DNA from: Ktedonobacterales bacterium
GTDB taxonomy: Bacteria > Chloroflexota > Ktedonobacteria > Ktedonobacterales > JADMIN01
DNA length: 26,741 bases
Direction: 5' to 3'
NCBI GenBank assembly: GCA_036000225.1
Contig: DASYGC010000353.1
Span: 1 to 26,741 of the forward strand
A model generated the notes under the pieces. That model was given only the letters and a program-made list of their open reading frames with translations, was not told where the DNA came from and did not search any database. Positions 18,901-25,182 of this stretch are shown here, one piece after another (position 1 is the first letter of the stretch; each line of letters begins with the position of its first letter). Position numbers and translations under genes: made by a program.

Positions 18901-19216
18901 CCAGTTCTACAACGAAACCTTTTACTGGACGGTGGCGGCGCAGTGGGGCATCCCTGGGCTGCTGCTGGTGGTGGCGTTCCTGGTGGCCCTGGTCGCGCGC
19001 GCACAGGGCCTGGCGCTCGATCCGCGCGCGGGCGAGCTGACGCGGCGCCTGGGCGCGGCGGTCGCCGCGACCACCACGGGCATGTTGGTCGCCTCGGTCA
19101 CTTTCAACCAGTGGCAACTGCCCACGTTCGCCTACACCTTCGGGCTGGTCTGTGGCCTGCTGAGCGCCTCAGCCGCCCACAGAGGTGCATCCCAGACACA
19201 GATTGGCAGGTCGTGA
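15941..19216 (+). CDS. Fusion of a Wzx/RfbX-type flippase (N-terminal) and an O-antigen-ligase/Wzy-type polymerase (C-terminal)
   Basis: Flippase motifs LARYLGPAQFGDY, VGIYAAAQR and LNALLLPHWGATGAAWSTLGSE. After a ~130-aa linker come Wzy_C-like motifs TFQRSSWIG, NPFGLGTG and YWTVAAQWGIPG. There is no in-frame stop. GGAGG lies 5 nt before GTG 15941 (the ORF track starts at TTG 15929). Confidence 0.85.
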   Translation: MATSPSATGTMPPSQRTGPDTRGARRATLVQMAAYLITIPISIPANILLARYLGPAQFGDYTWAMLVLSFFALFSTMGTEQIIVRDLSTSERSAWPAVMTTAIGLRLVTSTVALALCWGVTLLLPISANQRLLVLAASGTLLFSFQFSSSLKTTFDLGFRSEQHMLTPAALLAIDRVVTALLIGVGVWLKLPLFWLALFIVYSDVPFFVLLALASWRAHGWRIRLPHWREFAQLRISLPLMLDNTLSFIHHRADIFLLAAISGPFSVGIYAAAQRVLDPLGSAINMFCTSFYPALASAREQSPTSFARTLTTGLSYVLLALAPLAVVLTLRDREVVALLYGAKYAGSALPLALLMWALVAVAVMEVVYSACLAARMERFVPWVSGLAMVGNLSLNALLLPHWGATGAAWSTLGSESLQGLVLGVALARRERTLPYLRPLARIVICQVLLAAILLVGQRVPLLMLLPLATVGYLLAANATGALPLRPALVQTHATLIELRQRLARTGHGGAWASGPALNGLATLAASGAWGVGVLDALPSRLFAVSWQARFHRWLVAAQGSWPSLGHAFTSTTTQVAPAYAYASGNASVPGRLTTFELALVHAAAGPRGRLPRWPGLPGWATTLALGALCLSSSVAISLNPKLAGAALIALVLLALTWQFPMEALIGMALVLPFYDFMLQVLRLKLGLSGTELLAAQSLKEVVLVVAIVATLLRNVRTRTASGRWSLSGVLVLGIVALTIAWMPLAYSTTIALYGARSMLEPFVFWLAVYLARPDARRIQQMVSGLIVVATISSLFAIFQHFFWKSFYLAYDYNGATTWAGGNFYAVGLNVDRSSAFMALPQEFGAYLMLAIALTVSWLVATRRARLFVPLIIMVGGLLVTFQRSSWIGTVVALLVFLWLAIQTRRWRHPLLVVGLVGAVLAVVAVIVVARIDVAQMLSATLTLNDPSAHAHYTELFNDGPRLIGANPFGLGTGMSGVRTESFTANLGQFYNETFYWTVAAQWGIPGLLLVVAFLVALVARAQGLALDPRAGELTRRLGAAVAATTTGMLVASVTFNQWQLPTFAYTFGLVCGLLSASAAHRGASQTQIGRS

Positions 19217-19220
19217 GTTG

Positions 19221-20438
19221 ATGTCGCAGGTGCGGATGCCGCATATCGTGTATGTGTGTGCCGCTCCGGTCTACGGCGGCGCGGAAGAATATCTCATCGG
19301 CCTGGCGGAGAACGTCAGGCGGGCAGACTGGCGCGTCAGTGCGCTGCTGCCCCAGCGCCCCGGCTTCGCGGGCGCCGTCGCGCGGCTGGAGGCCGCGGGG
19401 GTGGGTGTCGCCACTGGACCGATCAAGACCAGCGAGGACTATCCCTGGCCTACCCTGCTGCACCTGGCCGATGTGCCACAACGCGCCTGGCTGGAGCGCA
19501 CCCTGCGCGCCTATGCGCCCGATGTGGTGCACATCAACCAGCCTAACACCGAGGGTGGACAGTTGGTGCTGGCGGCGGCCGCCCGCCTCGCGGGGGTACC
19601 CGTCGTCACCACCGTCCACGCCTATGATAGCATCGGCGCACTCGGCTACCGTCTGGGCAGGCTGCGCGATGCCATCGTCGACTGGCACTACCGCCGCGTG
19701 CGGGCGATCAGCGTACCGGCGCCTACCGCCGCCCGGGTGTTGCAGCAGGCGTATCGCCACACGCGTGGCAAAGCCAGCGTGGTCGGGCCAGCGATCGATG
19801 CGGCGCGTTTCGCGCCCGCACGCGCCGCGGTGGGCGCCGCTGCCTGGCGGGCCCGTCTGGCGCCGGATGGCGCCACCCGGCTGGTGGGCGTCGTTGGCCG
19901 GCTCTCGCCCGAGAAAGGGCAGGTCGCGCTGGTGCGCGCCTGGCCACGGATCGTCGCCGCGGCGCCGGGCGCGCGGCTGGTGCTGGCGGGTGAGGGCCCC
20001 GCGCGTGGCGCCATCGAGGCGCTCTGCCAGGCAGCGGGCATCAGCGACAGCGTCGTGCTGCTCGGGGGAGTGGCGCACGACGACGTGCCCGCACTGCTGG
20101 GCGCGTTGGATGTCGTCGTGCTGCCCTCGCGCTATGAGTGCCTGCCGCTGGCGATTCTGGAAGCGATGGCGGTGGGTCGTCCCGTCGTGGCCTACGCGAT
20201 CAACGCGATCCCGGACGCCATCGCGCATGAGGAATCGGGCCTGCTGGTGACCCCCGGCGACGATGTCGCGCTGGCGGCTGCCATCCTGCGCATCCTGCGC
20301 GACCCCGCGCTGGCGCGATGCCTGGGTCAGTGCGCGCGCCAGGTGATCGAGACGCGCTTTACTGCCGCGGTTCAGACGCACCAGATTCTTGACCTGTATC
20401 AGCGCGTCCTGTGCGCGCCGGAAGGAACGCACCAATGA
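19221..20438 (+). CDS. Glycosyltransferase family 4
   Basis: GGAEEY, VGVVGRLSPEKG and VVLPSRYECLPLAILEAMAVGRPVVA (E-x7-E). Confidence 0.93.
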   Translation: MSQVRMPHIVYVCAAPVYGGAEEYLIGLAENVRRADWRVSALLPQRPGFAGAVARLEAAGVGVATGPIKTSEDYPWPTLLHLADVPQRAWLERTLRAYAPDVVHINQPNTEGGQLVLAAAARLAGVPVVTTVHAYDSIGALGYRLGRLRDAIVDWHYRRVRAISVPAPTAARVLQQAYRHTRGKASVVGPAIDAARFAPARAAVGAAAWRARLAPDGATRLVGVVGRLSPEKGQVALVRAWPRIVAAAPGARLVLAGEGPARGAIEALCQAAGISDSVVLLGGVAHDDVPALLGALDVVVLPSRYECLPLAILEAMAVGRPVVAYAINAIPDAIAHEESGLLVTPGDDVALAAAILRILRDPALARCLGQCARQVIETRFTAAVQTHQILDLYQRVLCAPEGTHQ

Positions 20439-21331
20439 TCTCTCCAGAAGCCGCTACGACGGCTTCGACCCAACGCACCAACAGAAAGCCGGCGATGGCA
20501 TCCGCGCCCCCCCGCGCCACTCCCTGGCTCCCCATCCTGGGCTACCATCGCGTCGTCGAGACGATGCCACCAGATGACGCCTGCTGGCTGTGTGTGCCGC
20601 GGCACGAGTTCGAGCGCCAGCTTGCCTGGTTTGCGCGGTTGGGGTATCGCACGATCTCGCTTGATACGGTCGGCGAACTGCTCGCGCGAAACCAGCCGAT
20701 CCCCCCACGCCGCTTCGCGATCACCTTCGACGATGGCTATCTGGATAATCTCAGCGTGGCGGCGCCGGTGCTGAGTTGGTTCGGCTTCAGTGCCACGGTA
20801 TACATGGTGGCCGCGCGCATTGGCGGTACGAACATCTGGGATCCCCACGCCAGCTGCGCCGCGCCGCTGATGGACTGGCAACACCTGCGGGCCTGGCGGG
20901 CGCTGGGGCATGCCGTTGGGTCACACACGCTCACGCATCCGCACCTGAGCACCTTGCGGCCTGACGCCGCGCGCCGCGAGTTGGTGGACTCGCGCCGCAC
21001 GCTGGAGGACGGCCTGGGCGAGGCGGTGCCTACGTTCTGTTATCCCTACGGCGACTGGTCGGCGACCACCGTCGCGCTGGCCGAGGAAGCCGGCTATACG
21101 CTTGCCTGCAACGATGTGGCCCGTCGCGAACATGGACGCTACACCATGGCACGCACTGATCCGCGCTGTTGGCCCGCCGCCCTGACGCTAGTAAGCGGCC
21201 AGCCATGGTTCGCCGTACTCAACCAGCATGGCCTGCTGCGTCTGCCACGCTGGGGTCTGCACCAACTGTGGCAGTACCGGATCGTCGCCACGCCGCGGCG
21301 CGCGGCACATGGAAGCGAGAACCTACGATGA
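20435..21331 (+). CDS. Polysaccharide deacetylase (NodB/CE4 family)
   Basis: ILGYHRV, TFDDGY (motif 1), GSHTLTHPHL (metal His pair) and FCYPYG. ATGA overlap with the upstream GT gene. Confidence 0.92.
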   Translation: MISPEAATTASTQRTNRKPAMASAPPRATPWLPILGYHRVVETMPPDDACWLCVPRHEFERQLAWFARLGYRTISLDTVGELLARNQPIPPRRFAITFDDGYLDNLSVAAPVLSWFGFSATVYMVAARIGGTNIWDPHASCAAPLMDWQHLRAWRALGHAVGSHTLTHPHLSTLRPDAARRELVDSRRTLEDGLGEAVPTFCYPYGDWSATTVALAEEAGYTLACNDVARREHGRYTMARTDPRCWPAALTLVSGQPWFAVLNQHGLLRLPRWGLHQLWQYRIVATPRRAAHGSENLR

Positions 21332-22932
21332 ACGCTCAGTCGCTCGCCGGCGTAGCGGTCTTTGCCGCCGATACCCACCCCGGGCTCGCGTTGCGCATCC
21401 CGCATAGCGTGCGCGTGCGCGATCGCCAGCCATGCGGGCGCACCGGCGCGCTCGATGCGCTGGTGCTCGACGCCCAATTGCGCCAGTCGCTGGTTTGCGT
21501 TCGGGAGCTGGGCCGCGCGGGTCAGCGCGTAGGTGCGCTGGAGTGCGACGTTGAGGCGGCGGCCTTCGCCTCGCGCTGGTGCGCGGTGAGCGCGGTGGTG
21601 CCCGGGTTCACACAGGAGCCAGCGGTCTATCGCAATGCCCTTCTGTCGGTGCTCGATCGCTACCCCGCGCGGGTGGTGATCCCCGCGCACGATGGAAGCA
21701 TCGAGGTTTTGCGCGCCTACCGCGCGACCCTGGAGCGCCAGACGGCGCTGGCCCTGGGCAGCGAGGCGGCGCTGAGCATCGCCGTGGACAAAGCCGCCAC
21801 GCTGGCCATCGCCGAGCGCCTGGGAATCGCCGTGCCACGCGGGGTCGCGGTGGACACGCCCGAGGACGTGGAGGCGGCCCTGGCCGAGACGGGGCTGCCA
21901 GCCGTGGTGAAGCCACGCGCCTCCTGGGTGGAGCGCGCTGGCGTGGCCACGCGCCTCGTCAGCGAGGCGGTGATGAGCGTGGACGAGGCGCGTCGGGCGG
22001 TGGAGACCATTGTGCGCGCAGGCGGCAACGCGCTGATCCAGCAATGGCTGCCAGGCCGGCGGGAGGCCATCAGCGTCTTCTCCGCGCGCGGGCGCATATG
22101 GGCGAGCTTCGCGCAGGTGGCCCACCGGATGGTGCCCGTGCTGGGCGGCTCCTCCGTGCTGCGCGAGAGCATCGCGCTGCCCGCCGACTCCACCAGCGCG
22201 GCACAGCGGCTGGTGCGCGCCATCGAACTGGAAGGCTACGCCGAGGTGGAGTTCCGGCGCGATCGAGATGGCCGTCCGGTGCTCATGGAGATCAATCCGC
22301 GCCTGTCGGCGTCGGTCGAAATCGCCGTGCGCGCGGGAGTCAACTTCCCGCGGCTGCTCTTTGCCTGGGCGGCCGGCGAGCCATTGTGGAGTGTTTCCGC
22401 CTACCGCACCGGGCGGCGCATGCGCTGGCTGGGCGGCGATTACTATCACCTCAAAGAGACGCTCGCCCACCAGGGCCGGCCCGACGTGCCACCCGCAGGC
22501 CGCGCCATCGGTACCTTCCTGCTGGACTTCTTGCGCCCGGCAGCTTACGATTACCTCGATGCGCGCGATCCGCTTCCGGCGCTGGTGGCCACGGGCCAGA
22601 TGCTGGGCCACCTGGCGCGCCGGGTCCTGTCCCCTCCTACAGCCCCTCTCCACGCCGGGGAGGGAGAGCGAGCAGAGGACGTACATCCGTACGCCCCTAC
22701 GGATGGGCGCGCGGGGGAGCCAGCGGACGTAACTGCCACGTCAGGTGGACCAGGTGGGCAGCCAGCTGGCGTACTGGCCGATGCTCGGATAGATGCGCGA
22801 GCGGGCACGAGCGTGTCTAGCGAGCCGGAGACAGAGGGTGTGGTCACCGTGCGTGGATCCGGGAGAGCGGGGCAGCATCTGGATAGGCCCACGGATAGCT
22901 ATCCCGCCCGTGTAGCATTGGAGCGACCTTGA
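21328..22932 (+). CDS. ATP-grasp ligase (carboxylate-amine ligase type) with ~100-aa low-complexity C-terminal extension
   Basis: VDKAAT, PAVVKP, LIQQWLPG and EVEFRRD...LMEINPR ATP-grasp motifs. ATGA overlap with the deacetylase stop. Confidence 0.88.
   Translation: MNAQSLAGVAVFAADTHPGLALRIPHSVRVRDRQPCGRTGALDALVLDAQLRQSLVCVRELGRAGQRVGALECDVEAAAFASRWCAVSAVVPGFTQEPAVYRNALLSVLDRYPARVVIPAHDGSIEVLRAYRATLERQTALALGSEAALSIAVDKAATLAIAERLGIAVPRGVAVDTPEDVEAALAETGLPAVVKPRASWVERAGVATRLVSEAVMSVDEARRAVETIVRAGGNALIQQWLPGRREAISVFSARGRIWASFAQVAHRMVPVLGGSSVLRESIALPADSTSAAQRLVRAIELEGYAEVEFRRDRDGRPVLMEINPRLSASVEIAVRAGVNFPRLLFAWAAGEPLWSVSAYRTGRRMRWLGGDYYHLKETLAHQGRPDVPPAGRAIGTFLLDFLRPAAYDYLDARDPLPALVATGQMLGHLARRVLSPPTAPLHAGEGERAEDVHPYAPTDGRAGEPADVTATSGGPGGQPAGVLADARIDARAGTSVSSEPETEGVVTVRGSGRAGQHLDRPTDSYPARVALERP
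22673..22700 (-). repeat. GTAG-type REP-like hairpin, copy 1 (inside the ATP-grasp coding tail)
   Basis: The minus strand reads GTAG-GGGCGTAC-GGAT-GTACGTCC-TCTG, matching the copy at 24960-24987 at 26/28. Confidence 0.7.
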
Positions 22933-23879
22933 TGAACGTCGCCGATTCCCAGTTGCCGCTGTCCTCACCGACAGATCAGCCAGCGATCCGCGCGCGGCTC
23001 GGTCGCGCGCTCGCCGGCGTGCTGCTGTCCACCGCCGCTGCCGCTGGCCCGCTGATCCGTCGCGGGTCGTCCGACCGACTGGGACACCATGCCCGGCTGA
23101 TGACCGGACCACAGGGACCGTATGTCGCCAAGCGCGCTACGACACCAGAGGAACGTAAAGGGGTGTGGATGGAAGTGCGCATGCTGCCCGCGGTGCGTCG
23201 CTATGCCGGCGCCGAGGTCATCGTCCCCCGCCTGCTTCATGTGACTGAGGCATCCGACGAGCTAGAGATCGATCTCGAATGGCTCGCTGGCTACCATAGC
23301 CGGGTGTCGCTGGCACGCTGTGCGCGCGGGGTGGATTGGCTGGCCCATCTGCCACTGGCGGCTTTTGCCGATCTGCCCGAACTCGACGCCGCGACGCTGC
23401 TGGACCAGGCGGAACTGGACCTGTTCACACTGAGCGGCGACCCCCTGTGGCGGCAGCGCGGTCCCCTACCAGAAGATCTGCTCGATCGCCTGCGCCAGCA
23501 TGCCTTCGCGCTGGCCGCCTTCCCTACGGTGGTCGTGCACAATGACTATCGCCCCGGCAACGTGCTCGTGCGTGGCGAGGCCATCGCGCTGATTGATTGG
23601 GCCGCGCCCGCGCGCGGCTGCATGCTGCTGGACTGGCTGCACCTGGGGATCACGCACATCGAATGGCTGCCCGCCATCTGGCGAGAACTCGAACGCCGCG
23701 TGGCTGACGATCCCGCGCGGGCCGCCGCGCTGCCGCATGCGGGGTGGTTCTGCGCTGTGGTCGCCGCCTGCCACACCGCGGCCCATGCCATGCAGCGACC
23801 ACGTGGTCTCACACTCGCGCCGCGGGGTGCTGTGCTGCGCCTGCTACTGGCACGGGAGCCGAGACTGGCACAGGGGTGA
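22932..23879 (+). CDS. Aminoglycoside-phosphotransferase/choline-kinase-like phosphotransferase
   Basis: YVAKR (ATP-binding Lys), HNDYRPGNVLV (Brenner motif) and ALIDW. TGATG overlap with the ATP-grasp stop; TTG 22929 is an alternative start. Confidence 0.8.
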   Translation: MNVADSQLPLSSPTDQPAIRARLGRALAGVLLSTAAAAGPLIRRGSSDRLGHHARLMTGPQGPYVAKRATTPEERKGVWMEVRMLPAVRRYAGAEVIVPRLLHVTEASDELEIDLEWLAGYHSRVSLARCARGVDWLAHLPLAAFADLPELDAATLLDQAELDLFTLSGDPLWRQRGPLPEDLLDRLRQHAFALAAFPTVVVHNDYRPGNVLVRGEAIALIDWAAPARGCMLLDWLHLGITHIEWLPAIWRELERRVADDPARAAALPHAGWFCAVVAACHTAAHAMQRPRGLTLAPRGAVLRLLLAREPRLAQG

Positions 23880-23900
23880 TCGCCGTCGCTTTGGCCACCC

Positions 23901-24470
23901 TCAATCGGTGGCAGTGGATGGTGCGGGAGTCCCAGCCGCGCCACGGCGTGCCAGCCAACCGACGACGACCCCGAGCGTGGTGCCATAGATCCAGTGGACC
24001 AGCACCATGATGATCGGTCGGTCGCGCCGGTCGCGTTGCGCTGGCGGCATCAGTCCGAGGGCTGGCGCCCATCCCATATAGCTGACAAACCAGATCAGGG
24101 TGCCATAGATCACCCCCTGGACGGCGGGATAACGCGCCAGCGGCAGCCGCCGGTATACCAGACCGAAGAACGTCCCACCTGCCGCGCCGAAGCCGAAGTG
24201 GAATACGAGCGCGAGCGCATTTTTCGCGGTCGTGTGCTGGTGCTGGCGCAGGCCTGGAAACAACGCCTTCTGGATGATGCGCTCGGGTGGTAGACGCCCC
24301 ACCAGACCGATCGAGCGTGCGGCAAGCATGCCGGCACTCATGAGGAGCGTGCCGAGCATCCCGCCGAGGGCACCGTTCAATCCCGCCCGCACCATTCGCG
24401 GCAGCATTGTGGGCGGCACGCCCTCCGCGCGCTGCAGCTCCGTTCGACGCGAATCACGCACGCTCACCAT
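23901..24470 (-). CDS. Conserved hypothetical membrane protein (DUF1440/DUF6789-like)
   Basis: Four hydrophobic helices with GGMLGTLLMS, HFGFGAAGG, YGTLIWFVSYMGWAPALGL and HWIYG. GGAGG lies 8 nt before ATG 24470. Confidence 0.7.
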   Translation of the reverse strand: MVSVRDSRRTELQRAEGVPPTMLPRMVRAGLNGALGGMLGTLLMSAGMLAARSIGLVGRLPPERIIQKALFPGLRQHQHTTAKNALALVFHFGFGAAGGTFFGLVYRRLPLARYPAVQGVIYGTLIWFVSYMGWAPALGLMPPAQRDRRDRPIIMVLVHWIYGTTLGVVVGWLARRGAAGTPAPSTATD

Positions 24471-24594
24471 TGCCATCACCTCCAGTGCGCCGGAACCAGC
24501 CGTTGAGCGAATCGGGGCATCGTCTGTCGTTCCGCGTGACCTCTGTGACCTGGAGAGCACGAGCAAGATGCGTTCCAGCGTTTGTGCGTGACGC

Positions 24595-24873
24595 TCATGC
24601 GCTCGTTGGCGCAGAGGAGCCGGCACCGGGTGGCGTAGCCCCTTGAACGCGCACACGGATGAGCGAGATGATGTCGTCGAGCAACACTATCTGGTCGAGT
24701 ATGTGGTGTTCGTCCGCCGTCAATTCATCGGCTGAATTTCGGTGCGGGAGCTCGCGCAGACGCTTGATCGTCGCATCGGATAGCCGAAAGTCGGCAATCG
24801 CCTCGCGCGAGGGTCCGCGCGCAAAGAACTCAACGACCTCCGCAACAGGACTCACGGTCGATGCCTGGCGCAT
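24595..24873 (-). CDS. Small conserved hypothetical protein (putative antitoxin-like)
   Basis: A GAGGAG RBS is present. EVVEFFARGPSREAIADFRLS...RLREL..RN....LTADE...LD resembles, from recollection, a small helical protein family common in Chloroflexota and cyanobacteria. Confidence 0.6.
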   Translation of the reverse strand: MRQASTVSPVAEVVEFFARGPSREAIADFRLSDATIKRLRELPHRNSADELTADEHHILDQIVLLDDIISLIRVRVQGATPPGAGSSAPTSA

Positions 24874-24959
24874 GGCGATCTGCTCCTCAGCCTCTTATAC
24901 TACATCCTGGAGCACACTCGCGGTGTGCGGTGGTTACAAGCCAGGTTTTGCCCGGCATC

Positions 24960-24987
24960 CAGAGGGCGTACCTCCGTACGCCCCTAC
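24960..24987 (-). repeat. GTAG-type REP-like hairpin, copy 2 (intergenic)
   Basis: The minus strand reads GTAG-GGGCGTAC-GGAG-GTACGCCC-TCTG, with a perfect 8-bp stem. Confidence 0.75.
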
Positions 24988-25065
24988 ATGATTTGACACT
25001 ATAATGGCACACGATCCGTAGGCTAAGTATACCGTGCCATTTGCACTCTGATCAGAGGACCCTGC

Positions 25066-25182
25066 TCAGCGCGGCAGCATGCCGGGCCCCCAGATGGTGA
25101 GCGTGCCGATGGCGGCATCCAGCAGCAGCAGGTGGCTGCCATCTGGCGACCACTTGAGCCAGACTGACTGCTCTGAGATCAA
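25066..25182 (-). pseudogene. 38-codon remnant resembling the last blade of a TolB/PD40/WD40 beta-propeller
   Basis: The frame is below the ORF-track length cutoff and reads LISEQSVWLKWSPDGSHLLLLDAAIGTLTIWGPGMLPR*. WSPDG is the PD40/TolB signature. Confidence 0.5.

Noticed and set aside
24993-25005. TTGACA-C-TATAAT, both sigma70 consensus hexamers
   Set aside because: The spacing is 1 bp rather than ~17 bp, so they cannot form one promoter, and no plus-strand gene follows.
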